Below, piece by piece: positions 1-20,361 of a stretch of DNA of 64,000 nucleotides. The DNA comes from Eledone cirrhosa (taxonomy: Eukaryota), in the NCBI GenBank assembly GCA_964016885.1, contig CAXHJY010001189.1:1-64000 (forward strand), given 5' to 3'. Position numbers and translations under genes: made by a program. The stretch's first letter is position 1. Each line of letters opens with the position of its first letter. Under the pieces are notes generated by a model. That model was not told where the DNA came from. It saw only the letters and a list, made by a program, of their open reading frames with translations, and made no database searches.

Positions 1-109
1 ACATACATATATACACATACATACATATATACACATACATACATATATACACATACATACATATATACACATACATACATATATACACATACATACATAC
101 ATACATACA

Positions 110-143
<34 letters not shown>

Positions 144-220
144 CATACATACATATATACATACATACATATATACATACATACATATATACATACATAC
201 ATATATACATACATACATAT

Positions 221-253
<33 letters not shown>

Positions 254-527
254 TACATACATACATACATATATACATACATACATATATACATACATAC
301 ATATATACATACATACATACATATATACATACATACATATATACATACATATATATATACATACATATATATATACATACATATATATATACATACATAT
401 ATATATACATACATATATATATACATATATATATACATACATATATATATACATATATATATACATACATATATATATACATATATATATACATACATAC
501 ATATACATATATATACATACAGAAAAA

Positions 528-578
<51 letters not shown>

Positions 579-660
579 TACATACACACATACATACACA
601 TACATTAATAATAATAATAACAACAATAATAATAACGACAACAATAATAATATACATATA
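1..660. repeat. (TACA)n/(TA)n microsatellite, ending in a short (AAT/AAC)n tract
   Basis: Directly visible; (AAT)n at about 607-650. Confidence 0.95.
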
Positions 661-3600
661 CACGCACACACATAAACGTATCTATTCACATACACGATAG
701 CAACTAACAGCGCTGCGATCGAATGTGGCTTTTTAGCCCAGCCAATGATCTAAAATGTCTTGCACAAAGTCGGCAACCAAAACATTCACTGGGAATAGTC
801 GGCTGTGGTTGGAGTTTGTGTACTTTTGCATGTCGCTTGAGCTCTCCTGCTGATTTACATTCTCTACCACATATTTGGCAAGCATGATGAGTAGCATCTC
901 CAACAGCAGCCTGGTAGTCAACCACTGGTCTTACTTTATGACTGCGAAGATGACTTTCGAGTCCAGCTTTGCTTAGGCAGAGTCTCGCACAGACGCTGCA
1001 TGTCAGCACCATAGGAGGACCCTTGCTGTCTGGAAGTGCAACAGCAATGCCCTTCCTCACATCCTGCCTTACTTTCTCGTATGCGATTCGAGATGCCTCA
1101 AAGGCAACTTTTCCCTCATATACAGTCTTTCTCCATTTATTACGATCAGCAGCAATATTTTCCCATGTATCAGCAGAGATGTTAGCGTCTTTCAGAGAGG
1201 CTTTCAAGGAATCCTTATACCTCTTTTTTGGTTTATGTGGCGGTCGTTTTCCTTTAATCAACTCTCCATAAAAGAGTTGTTTTGGTATTCTAGAATCCTT
1301 CATCCTGGCAAGGTGACCACTCCAACGGAGTCATTGCTTAAGCACAAGAGCTTCTATACTGTCACACATAGAGCTTTCCAAATTCTCGACATCACTGATG
1401 TGGTCCCTCCAGTGAACGCCATGTATCTGAGACACATCTGATGGAAACGCTCCAATTGCTTAAGGTGGTGTCGATATGTGACCCACGTCTCGCAGGCATA
1501 AAGAAGACAAGAGAGCACACATGCCCTGTACACCTTTACCTTTGTTCTCCTGCATATGTCTCGCCTTTCTAGCTTTCCGAAAGCATCACTTGCTTTCCTA
1601 ATCCTAAGTGAGATTTCACTGTCAAGGTTGCTGTATCGATTGACAGTGCTTCCCAGGTAGACAAACTGATCAACCACTCCAAGTCGTTTACCATACACAT
1701 AGATATTTGGTTCACTGTACTGCTTACCAGGGGCAGGTTGGTACATGACGACGGTTTTCTTGAGACTGACAGTCAATCCTAGGGCAGTGCAAGCGTCAGA
1801 AAATGCATTCAAAATGTGCTGCATATCACTCTCTGTGTGCGCTACAAGATGGCAATCATCTGCATACAAGAGGTCTCTTATGATTGATGTAAATACTTTT
1901 GTCTTTGCAGCAAAGCGCCTGATGTTAAATATGCTGCCTGAGGTTCGATATCGGATGTAAACACCATGCTCACAATTCCTGAATGCAATACAGAAAACCA
2001 TTGCAAAGTATATGGCAAACAGGGTCGGTGCTGGAATATCCCCCTGTTTCACTCCATTTTTTACTGAGATAGGCTCCGACATTAACCCAAGCCTTCATGT
2101 CGTCATGGAAAGACCTAACTAAAGCAAGGAACTTATCAGGGCAACCAAGTTTCTGGAGAACCTTCCATAATGCATCTCTGTTAACAGTATCGAAAGCTTT
2201 TGTCAGATCGACAAAAACCTGATACAGATCCAAGCCTTGTTCTATGCACTTCTCCTGGAGCTGTCTAGCTGAGAAGATCATATCAGTAGTGCCGCATCCA
2301 GCACGAAAACCAGATTGACTTTCAGGAAGAACACAATCTGCAATGTGTGTCAGCAGACGGTCCAGAAGCACCCTACATAAAACTTTCCCTACGACAGAAA
2401 GGAATGATATACCTCTGTAGTTCCCACAATCATTCCTGTTACCCTTTCCCTTGTACAAGACCACCATTACTGCATCTCTCCAGTCCTCAGGTACGGATTC
2501 ATTAGCCCATATCCTGACAAACAAAGAGTGAAGATGTTGCAGAAGTCTCTCACCACCATATTGTAGGAGCTCAGCTTGTATGCCATCCATACCTGGAGAT
2601 CTTCCACTGTTCAGCTTCGAAATAGCCACTGCAACCTCCAACAGCGTCGGAGGTTCTGCGAGAGCTACTTTCACAGGACTTTCTGGAATGAGATTGAGGA
2701 AATCTTCACCGACGACAGACGGCTGATTCAAAAGATCATCAAAGTGCTCTCGCCACCTTCGTAGAATTCCTTGTGAGTCACAAAGAAGTTCTTTGCCATC
2801 CTTGCTGCAAAGCGGTGTCACCAGAGAAGAAGACGGTCCATAAACCTCACCTTTGTGTTATTGGAATCTGACGCAGTTTGTATCTCACCAGCCTTCTCAC
2901 TCCACCACTGATCCTTCTTCTGAGAAAGACTCCACCTAACACGTGATTTTACATCCTTGAGTTCCTCATGCAACGTATTCCTCTCCCGTGGTTTTGCCGT
3001 CAAGTAGCGTGACAGAGCACGCCTCTTATCAGCCAACAAGTCTTCTATATGTACATCATTCTCATTAAACCAGTCCTGATGTTTTCTCTGCACCAATCCC
3101 AGAACACACCTGCCTACATCATAAACCGACTTTTTAAGGGTCGGCCAATCCTCACCAAGATCTGCAGCCTGCATCTCTTCTTCCAATGTCCTCTTCAGAT
3201 TTTTATCCTTAAGACGAGCAGCATTCAATCTTTTGGGCAGGGCAACACCAGGAGCCCGGATTTTACGTTTAGTGATTAGTTTCACTTTTGCGCGTACCAG
3301 GCGGTGGTCCGTCCAGCACTCAGCTCCACGAAGAGCACGAACACACTGCACATCCTGTCTGTCACGCATCCTGACTAGGACGTAGTACAAAAGATGCCAT
3401 TCCTTAGATGCAGGATGCATCCATGTGGTCTTGAATTTGTTCTTTTGTTGGAACATGGTGTTGGTAACGCACAGATCCAGCTCCTCACACATCTGCAGCA
3501 GGAGCATACCATTGTTGTTACACTTTCCCACCCCATGCCTTCCGATTACATTCCATGTGTTAAAATCTCTACCCACTCTAGCATTAAAGTCACCAAGCAT

Positions 3601-4545
3601 GATGACTTTGTCTGCCTGAGGGATATTTCAAGGCATGTTAAAAGGACACTTTCAAGGCATGGTAAAAGGACACTTTTTCTTCATCGACAGAATTCATAGT
3701 TGGAGCATACACAGTCACCAGGGTCGCATATCTTCCTCTGTCCAGCGGAATTCTCATGGACATAAGACGCTCACTAATCCCTACTGGGAATTCTTCTAAT
3801 TTATTCACAAGTACAGTCTTAACAGCAAATCCTACCCCAGCCTCTCTTCTGGTTCTTTCATCTCTTCCTTTCCAGAAGAATTCCACAAAATTCTGTAAGA
3901 TGACCATCTCCAGCTAACCTCGTCTCAGTTAAAGCCACGATGTCAAGATCGTAACGTCGAAGCTCCTTTGCAACATGAGCGGTCCTTCGTTCAGGACGCT
4001 CCAAGGAATCCCTGTCAAGCAGCGTCCGTACGTTCCAGCAGCCAAGACTAAATGCCTTGTTTGGCTCTATTACAATGGCAAGATGACGAGCGGGCTCAGG
4101 CTGTGATGACCTGGGGCCCCTGCCCTTATTGCCAATTATCTTTTTTGTTCCAGAACCTAAATTGCCAATTATCTCTTTTATATTGTTCTGGAACATCATT
4201 GAATTGAAAAAAAAAAAAAAAAAAAAAGAAGTAATAATAATAGTAATATTAATAATTATTAATGCACTCGTGCAATGCCCGTGCGTGACGAATATTTTTC
4301 AAGCGAAGAAAGACTGTGCACTGAGCCAATCCCACTCTCCGAGCGACAGTAGCTATAACCCGAAAAGAAGAAAAGATCAACATCATCGGTAACTGAGCCG
4401 CAGGTTTTATGTCGGAGTTAACCCAGTTTCCTGAGATGCCTTCTCCTAGAAGAATGCCCTGACAAGGGCTAGGGGTTCTTCACTCCCAGTGGTTTAACTG
4501 CGCGATCGGGCATCCAGCCCGATTACTTCTATGTCCCCGAGCAAA
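661..4545 (-). mobile_element. Near full-length degenerate RTE-clade (BovB-like) LINE, family A: APE + RT + C-terminal C2H2 zinc fingers
   Basis: Six consecutive minus-strand ORF pieces: APE (WNVRTL, LGDFNARVG, WTDHRLV), RT (FVDLTKAFD, GVKQG, LLYADD), C-terminus with three CxxC..H fingers ([17 protein letters not shown]). Frameshifts and a 24-bp duplication at 3626-3673. The 5' UTR carries the RTE-type CTAGGAGAAGG motif near 4440. Confidence 0.93.
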
Positions 4546-4592
4546 AAAAAACACGCGCGCATACATACATATATATATATACATACATACAT

Positions 4593-4626
<34 letters not shown>

Positions 4627-4685
4627 ACATACACATATATACATACATACACATACATACACATATATACATACATATATATATA

Positions 4686-5021
4686 CATCATCATCATTTC
4701 ATTTTACGTCCGCTTTTTCCCTGCTTGCAAGGGTGGGACGGGAACTGATTCTGGCTTGATTTCTACAGCTGGATGCCCTTCCTAACACCAACCTCATTTA
4801 CGGTGAGTGCTGGGCGCTTTTTTATGCCGTGGCACCTCCACGACCACTTTGCAGTGGAATGATATGGACCCCAGTCCCTAACATCTCATTTCTACAGCTG
4901 AGTAAACTGGAGCAATGTGAAATAAAGTGTCTTGCTCAAGGACACAACACATCACCCGGTCTGAGAATTGAACTCACAACCTTTCGATTGAAAGGCCTAT
5001 GCTCTAACCTGTGTGCCTCCA
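4686..5021 (-). mobile_element. tRNA-derived SINE with CORE-like body and RTE-derived 3' part
   Basis: Minus strand: B box GTTCAATTC (A box partly deleted), GTGTCCTTGAGCAAGACACTTTA, AGGAAGGGCATCCAG, terminus CGGACGTAAAATG..(GAT)n. Near-identical to 10157-10502. Confidence 0.9.
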
Positions 5022-5024
5022 TTA

Positions 5025-6547
5025 ATATATACATACATACACATACATACACATACATACACATATATATACATACATACACATACATACACACATACAT
5101 ACACATATATACACATACATACACATATATATACACATACATACATACACATATATATACATACATACATACACGTATAAATACACATACATACATACAC
5201 ATATAAATACACATACATACATACACATATAAATACACATACATACATACACATATAAACATACATACATACATACATACACATATATACATACATACAT
5301 ACACACATACACATACATACATACATACACACATACATACATACATACACATATATATATACATACATACACATATATATATACATACATACATACATAC
5401 ATACACATATATATATACATACATACATACATACATACACATATATATATACATACATACATACATACACATATATATATACATACATACATACATACAC
5501 ATATATATATACATACATACATACATACACATATATATATACATACATACATACATACACATATATATATATACATACATACATACACATATATATATAC
5601 ATACATACATACACATATATATATACATACATACATACACATATATATATACATACATACATACACATATATATATACATACATACATACATACACATAT
5701 ATATACATACATACATACATACACATATATACATACATACATACACATATATATATACATACATACATACACATATATATATACATACATACACATATAT
5801 ATATACATACATACATACATACACATATATATATACATACATACATACATACATACACATATATATATACATACATACACATAAATACACATACATACAC
5901 ATAAATATACATACATACATACATACACATATATACATACATACATACATACATACACATATATACATACATACACATATATACATACATACATACATAC
6001 ATACACATACATACATACACATATACATACATACATACACATATATACATACATACACATATATACATACATACATACATACATACACATATATATACAT
6101 ACATACATACACATATATACATACATACACATATATATATATATGTATATATATACATATATACACATATATATACACATATATATACACATATATACAC
6201 ATATATATATATATACACACATATATATATATACACACATATATATATATACACATATATATATACATATATATATATATATACATATATACACATATAT
6301 ATATATATACACACATATATATATATACACATATATATATATATATACACATATATATATATATATACACATATATATATACACACATATATATATACAC
6401 ATATATATATATATATACACATATATATACACACATATATATATACACACATATACATATATACACATACATATATATATATACACATACATATATATAT
6501 ATACACATACATATATATATATACACACACATATATATATACACATA
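5025..6547. repeat. Degenerate (TACA)/(TA) array
   Basis: Directly visible. Confidence 0.95.
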
Positions 6548-7500
6548 CATCATCATCATCATCATCATCAACGTTTAACGTCCGTGTTCCACGCTTGCAT
6601 GGGTTTGGACGGGGGTAGTCCCACTTGAGGCAAGAGTGATTGTCTTGCTCGCATAGGACTGTCTGGCAGGTTTTCTACAGTTGGATGCCCTTCCTAACAC
6701 CAACCACATTTACAGTGTGGGTCTGGGAGGTTTTTACCGTGTTGCCTACACGGCCACATTACAGCGTGGACTGTGTGTTTTTTTGTCGTGACACCTACAC
6801 GATCTCATTTGTTTCGGCCTCGATGGCGCGGCACCAACATAACTTTACATAGAACGGGGTGGTGTGGATCGGGTGGGGGTGGGGGTGGTGGGACGGGGTG
6901 TATTTTGTTAGAGATGCCTACTGGCTGGAGTAGGTTTTACTATATATTTAGGTAAGGCGGGTCTTCTCTGTTACTGAGTACCGCCAAAGGTCTCGGTCCA
7001 GTGACATTGTCTTGGAGAGGTGTAAGTGTGTGATGTCGGAGTTTATCAGCTCGTCCCAGGTTTTTCTAGGTCTGCCTATTCCGTGACTACCGTCTATCTT
7101 TATTGCCCTGCACTTTGTTATACAGCTATCGACTTTCATGCGCATCACGTGTCCATACCAACGTAGCCTTCTCTCGAGTAAACAACATCTGATCCCTCTT
7201 ATCTCTAATTTATTCCTTAGTTCGTTTATGCTTTGCCGTTCACGTATATTACTGTTACACATCCAGCGGAGCATGCAAGCTTCGTTCCTCTCTAGTCTGC
7301 GTATATCCTCTGCACACAATGCCCAGGTCTCACTGCCATGCAGCATTGCTGTTCGTATGCAGGCATCGTACAACCTGCCTTTCATTTTTAGTGAGAACCC
7401 TTTAGCAGCTAATAGTGGTATAAGCTCTCTGAACTTTTTCCAACCAGTTCTGACTCTAGCTACAGTACTTTCAGAGCACCCTCCCCCACTGCTGATTTTA
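6548..7500 (-). mobile_element. 5'-truncated RTE LINE, family B (RT C-terminus + ~400-bp 3' UTR)
   Basis: ORF end [27 protein letters not shown], (GAT)n tail. Nearly identical to 20362-21300. Confidence 0.95.
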
Positions 7501-7675
7501 TACATACATATATATATACATACATATATATATACATACATATATATATACATACATATATACATACATATATATATACATATATATATACATATATATA
7601 TACATATATATATACATACATATATACATACATATATATATACATACATATATATATACATACATACATACAAAT

Positions 7676-8210
7676 ATGGTGGCTGCCAACTCGTTTTCGA
7701 GTACGGCCACTACTTTATATCCATGTAGGAGAACCCCTACCGATGCGCTGAACGAGTGTGACTTTTTAGTCCAGCCAGCGACTTGAAAACTCTGGTACAA
7801 ACACTACACTTGTGACAATTACTGACACATAGTGCTGGGCCCATGGTACCATGTGACGACAAGTGCAGAGAGATCTCCAGATACAAAGCAATGCCTGTGC
7901 CGTGAAGCTTTTATAGTGAGCAAAGGCACTGCACAAAGCCAGTCCCACTCTCTTAACCAAGATGATATTTACCAAAAAGAAGAACAAGTCAACATCATTG
8001 GATACCATCAGGGTTGCAGGTGTTATATCAGAGTTTTCCTTCTCCTAGAATTCTGCCTTGACAAAGGCTAAGGGGTCATCTCTCCCGGTGATTTTGGATG
8101 GCCATTGACTCTTAAGAGCTCCTTTGCCCTTTGACAGGTTTTGTTTTTAGTCCTGCAGGATGTCCAAAGTCACCCTCCTCACCAAGAAACCTTGGTGAGG
8201 AGGGTGACTT
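7676..8210 (-). mobile_element. Bipartite non-autonomous RTE element, copy 1 (5'-truncated, ends in a fold-back)
   Basis: Same sequence at 30802, 31548 and 41966. Its 5' part resembles the family A 5' UTR; its 3' part encodes a zinc-finger remnant. Confidence 0.85.
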
Positions 8211-8453
8211 ACATATATACATACATATATACATACATATATATATACATACATATATATATACATACATACATATATACATACATATATACATACATAT
8301 ATATATACATACATATATATGTACATATATACATACATATATATATACATACATATATATATACATATATACATACATATATACATACATACATATATAT
8401 ATACATATATATATACATATATACATACATACATATATATATACATATATATA

Positions 8454-8485
<32 letters not shown>

Positions 8486-8770
8486 CATACATATATATAT
8501 ACATATATATATACATATACATATATATATACATATACATATATATATACATATACATATATATATACATATATATATATATATACATACATATATATAT
8601 ACATATATATATACATACATATACAAATATATATACATACATACACATATATATATACATACATATATATAAGGAGTCGATCGACTTTCGTCAAATCGGA
8701 CCGAGGGAACAATGTTTCCGTTGGTCTTTCCAATTGTTAATACTATCTATCGGTCGCAACTCCAGGTAGA

Positions 8771-8891
8771 AGGAGCAACGTGAAATAAAGTGTCTTGCTC
8801 AAGGACATAACGCATCGCCTGGTCCAGGAATCGAACTCACAACCTTATGATTGCGAATCCAATACTCTAACCACTCAGCCACACGCCTTCA
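8771..8891 (-). mobile_element. tRNA-derived SINE head fragment
   Basis: Minus strand: TGGCTGAGTGG (A box), GTTCGATTCC (B box), then TGTCCTTGAGCAAGACACTTTA. Confidence 0.85.
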
Positions 8892-9310
8892 TGTATATAT
8901 ATGTATGTATATATATGTGTATGTATGTATATATATGTGTATGTATGTATATATATGTATGTATGTATGTATGTATATATATGTATGTATACATATACAT
9001 ACATACATGTATATACATATATATATATAAACATACATACATATATATATAAACATACATGTATATACACATACATGTATATACACATACATGTATATAC
9101 ATATATATATACACATATATATATACATATACATATATATATACATATACATATATACATATATATACATACATATATATATACATATATATATACATAC
9201 ATATATATACATATATATATACATACATATATATATATACATACACATACATATATATATACATATATATATACATACATATATACATATACATACATAT
9301 ATATATATAC

Positions 9311-9346
<36 letters not shown>

Positions 9347-9482
9347 ACATACATATATATATATACATATACATACATATACATATACATATATATATAT
9401 ACATATACATATACATATATACATATATATATATACATATATATATATACATATACATATATATATATACATATACATATAC

Positions 9483-9516
<34 letters not shown>

Positions 9517-9586
9517 ATATACATATACATATATATATATACATATATATATACATATACATATATATATATACATATACATATAC

Positions 9587-9620
<34 letters not shown>

Positions 9621-10156
9621 ATATACATATACATATATATATATACATATATATATACATATATATATATACATACATATATATATATATATATATACAT
9701 ACATATATATATATATATACATATATATATACATATATACATATATATATACATATATATATACATATACATATATATACATATATATATACATATACAT
9801 ATACATATATATATACATATATATATACATATATATATACATATATATATACATATATATATACATATATATATACATATATATATATACATATATATAT
9901 ATACATATATATATACATATATATATACATACATACATATATACATATATATATACATACATACATATATATATATACATATATATATACATATATATAC
10001 ATATACATATACATATACATATATATATACATATATATATACATATATACATATATATATATATACATACATATATATATACATATATATACATATATAT
10101 ATATATATATACATACATATATATATACATATATATACATATATATATATATATAT
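8892..10156. repeat. TA/TACA array; the first ~100 bp have the opposite (TATG) polarity
   Basis: Directly visible. Confidence 0.95.
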
Positions 10157-10499
10157 CATCATTCATCATCATCATTTCATTTTACGTCCGCTTTTTCCCT
10201 GCTTGCAAGGGTGGGACGGGAACTGATGCTGGCTTGATTTCTACAGCTGGATGCCCTTCCTAACACCAACCTCATTTACAGTGAGTGCTGGGTGCTTTTT
10301 TGCCGTGGCACCTCCACGACCACTTTGCAGTGGAATGATAGGGACCCCAGCCCCTATCATCTCATTTCTACAGCTGAGTAAACTGGAGCAATGTGAAATA
10401 AAGTATCTTGCTCAAGGAAACAACATCACCCGGTCTGAGAATTGAACTCACAACCTTTCGATTGCAAGCCCAATGCTCTAACCACTAAGCCATGTGCCT

Positions 10500-10502
<3 letters not shown>
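10157..10502 (-). mobile_element. Full-length tRNA-derived SINE
   Basis: A box TGGCTTAGTGG, B box GTTCAATTC, CORE-like block, RTE-derived 3' end and (GAT)n tail. Confidence 0.92.
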
Positions 10503-10538
<36 letters not shown>

Positions 10539-10541
10539 TAC

Positions 10542-10591
<50 letters not shown>

Positions 10592-10618
10592 ATATATATA
10601 CATACATATATATATATA

Positions 10619-11338
10619 GGGAGAAATATGTATGCAGTAGATGTACAGGGAAATTAGACAGTAGAAGTCGCACTGATAGACACATTTTTCAAATGCGAGA
10701 GGGCGCTATAGGAGTGGTGGATAGCTTCCGGTACCTAGGAGATCAGATTAGCATGGGAGGAGGGTGTTCCGAGGCCATAGTATCTAGAATAAGGACGGGT
10801 TGGAAGAAGTTTAGGGAGCTGCTTCCTCTGTTGACGAAGAAGGGTTTCTCCCTGCGTACGAAAGGCGGGTTGTATGATGCCTGTGTGAGGAGCGTGATGC
10901 TGCATGGTAGTGAGACATGGGCAGCTACCGCAGAAGATATGCGACGGCTGGAGAGAAATGAGGCAAGCATGCTCCGTTGGATGTGCAGTGTAAATGTGCG
11001 TGAACGACCCAGCATAAATGTGTTGAGAGAGAAACTGTGTCTGAGAGGGATAGAATGTAGTGTACGGGAGAGGAGACTGAGGTGGTATGGACATGTGATG
11101 CGCATGGAGGATGACCGATGGGTGAAGAAGTGCCAGGAAATGCCAGTTGAAGGAAGACGTAGTAGAGGTAGACCACGAAAAACATGGGCGGAGGTGGTGA
11201 GAACAGACCTCAGATCATTGAAGCTCACGGTGGAGATGACGAGGGACCGTGGCGAGTGGAGAGATGTTGTGCTGAATAAGACCCGTCCCACCCTTGCAAG
11301 CAGGGAAAAGCGGACGTAAAATGATGATGATGATGATG

Positions 11339-11340
<2 letters not shown>
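10619..11340 (+). mobile_element. 5'-truncated RTE LINE, family D; the ORF runs straight into the (GAT)n tail
   Basis: ORF ..[31 protein letters not shown], stop at 11319, then ATGATGATG. Confidence 0.95.
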
Positions 11341-11369
<29 letters not shown>

Positions 11370-11394
11370 CATATACATATATATATACATATAC

Positions 11395-11442
<48 letters not shown>

Positions 11443-11490
11443 ATATATATACATATATATACATATATATATATACATATATATATATAC

Positions 11491-11545
<55 letters not shown>

Positions 11546-11687
11546 CATATATATACATATATATATATATATATACATATATATACATATATATACATAT
11601 ATATATATATATATACATATATATACATATATATACATATATATATATATATATACATATATATACATATATATATATATATACATA

Positions 11688-11950
11688 TGTACATAGATCT
11701 GTTGAATATGCATACCAATTCTAACACATATATATCCTAGAAACGATCGTTAAATAATGAACTTTTTTTGTTTAATATAAGGAATTGTTTATTCATTATT
11801 TGTTTAATATTTTATCTTGACTCTGTATACCGTTTATCTTTCACCGAAAGTGGTTTTTCATTACATCTCTTCTTTCCATGATATCCGGAATACATTGAGT
11901 TCTTCATACGGATTGGACACTACCGTAAACTCTTGGTAGATTTATCTACA
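11688..11950 (+). mobile_element. ~260-bp dispersed repeat, probably a Penelope-like pseudo-LTR
   Basis: Inverted homolog at 17128-17400. Degenerate TTGAATA..GAAACGATCGT motif. The family assignment is inference. Confidence 0.5.
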
Positions 11951-16812
<4,862 letters not shown>

Positions 16813-17104
16813 TTGTTATACTTGGGGAGGGTCATATTTGTGTAATATTGCCAGAATTAATAACAGAACACACTCACTGTTTGGTTTGGTTTTCGCTTTT
16901 CGCTTCTGTGTCTTTTATATCGGTAATCTAATATACTCGGTCCTCAATGTTGCCATTGACTGACCGACGGTCAAAATTAATACAGATACAATATAGACAC
17001 AAACACATATATATAGTTTATCATAAATCTTTCGTTGCACATCTGCAACATCATCAGTGGTGCTATTGTTTCCTCCTGTTGAATTTTATGGCTACGCCAT
17101 TTTT
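16813..17104 (-). mobile_element. Probable Penelope-like terminal fragment containing a hammerhead-like motif
   Basis: Non-repetitive 290-bp island between TA arrays that contains CTGATGA-stem-GAAA. Minimal hammerheads are known hallmarks of Penelope pLTRs. Confidence 0.5.
17019..17063 (-). ncRNA. Degenerate minimal type I hammerhead ribozyme
   Basis: Minus strand GCACCA-CTGATGA-T-GTTGCA-GATG-TGCAAC-GAAA-GATT-TA-TGATA: both core boxes, perfect 6-bp stem II, weak stems I and III. Confidence 0.55.
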
Positions 17105-17127
17105 ATATATATATATATATATATATA

Positions 17128-17442
17128 TGTAGATAAATCTACCAAAAGTTTACGGTAGTGTCCAATCCGTATGAAGAACTCAATGTAATCCGGATATCAT
17201 GAAAAGAAGAGATGCATTCAAAAATCACTTTCGGTGAAAGATAAACGGAAAACAGAGTCAAGATAAATTATTAAAAAAATAATGAATAAACAAAGAAACA
17301 GTTCCTTATATTAAACAAAAAAAGTTCATTATTTAACTAGATCGTTTCTAGGACATATATGTGTTAGAATCGGTATGCATATTCAAAAGATCTATGTACA
17401 AAATTATACAAACTATCAGATAGAATAAAACATACCTTCACA
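17128..17442 (-). mobile_element. Second, longer copy of the 11688-11950 repeat, inverted
   Basis: Reverse-complement match with scattered differences. TG..CA ends flanked by TA runs. Confidence 0.6.
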
Positions 17443-17747
17443 TATATATGCTGTTTTCAGAAATAATGAAGCTTGTTTATTGATAATAACGACAATTCAA
17501 AATAATAGGTCTGTTTGGGAACAGATTTTAAATAGACCAATGAAGTAAGGATTGAGATACATAAAAATTTATCAAGAAAATACAGTTAGGTGTGTGTATA
17601 TATGTATGTAAATACGCTCAGAGATGTGCATAAAATTGTATGCCCATATGTATACGTATATTGAAAAAATGTATGTAAATATAAAAATTTAGGGCTAATG
17701 TATCTATATGTCTATAGTCAACAGACAGAATATATACACATACATAC

Positions 17748-17782
<35 letters not shown>

Positions 17783-18484
17783 CACATATATACACATACA
17801 TATTATTATTATAAATATATGGATATTGAGGCGCTCTCACAAACACGCCCACAACACTTACATTTAGATGCGGAAGTAAGAGAGGTAAGGGAGTATAGTA
17901 ATTAAAGGAAAGTGTCAATCTCGACATACTTATAAAAGTGTATCAATAAAATTAGAAATATAAAAAAAATTGTTTTATATATAGAAGGAAAAAACTCAAA
18001 AAAAGGAAACGAAAAAAGACAAAAAGTGTGTGTGGGGGGGGGGGGAGGGGGGGGTACGTACATACACAGAGACGCATGTCTCACAAAAGAAATATAAAAA
18101 AACATAAGAGACATAAAATTTACATGCTTATATACACACGCACATTTACACATCCATACATACATACGTACACACACACACACATACTTACATTCACGCA
18201 TATTGACCTGTTTGTATGCACACACATAAAAAAAAAGTAAAACATACCCATACATATAAATATACACCCATATACATATATACACACACACATATGTATA
18301 TATATATATACATACATATATATATATATATACATACATATATATACACATACACACACCCATGTATATAAACACAACCACACACACACACACATATATA
18401 TATACACAGTCAGACACATATACACATACATCCACACATCTCTACACATACATATAGATACACATACATACATACCATATATAT

Positions 18485-18559
<75 letters not shown>

Positions 18560-18727
18560 CATATACATGCGCACATATGTATTTTTATACTCACATACAA
18601 AAACACAAACCTACATACACACACACACATCCACGCTTACAAATACAAATAATTATTGGGGGGGGGGGGGGGATTAAAATTATTAGTGGGAAATAGTAAA
18701 TATATAGGTTTCAAGGAACATAGAATA

Positions 18728-18831
18728 ACAGTCCTATGCGAGCAAGACAATCACTGTTGCCTCAAGTGGGACTACCCCCGTCCAAACCCATGCGAGCGTG
18801 GAACACGGACGTTAAACGTTGATGATGATGA
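18728..18831 (+). mobile_element. Extreme 3' end of RTE family B
   Basis: CAGTCCTATGCGAGCAAGAC..CGGACGTTAAACGTTGATGATG matches 33324-33430. Confidence 0.9.

Positions 18832-20361
<1,530 letters not shown>

Noticed and set aside
7766-8071. 79-80 aa ORFs repeated four times (MVSNDVDL.., MLGPWYHV..)
   Set aside because: They lie in the bipartite repeat on both strands and recur only because the copies are young. The meaningful frame is the zinc-finger remnant.
8672-8695. Hammerhead stem III (minus strand GAAAGTCGATCGACTC)
   Set aside because: No CUGANGA box or stem II upstream.
10430-10502. tRNA genes here and at 8820-8891 and 25610-25682
   Set aside because: A and B boxes are present, but they continue into a SINE body and I see no complete cloverleaf.
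17128-17442. Solo LTR, based on TG..CA ends
   Set aside because: TG/CA arises easily at TATG/CATA borders. No TSD, PBS/PPT or internal region is visible.
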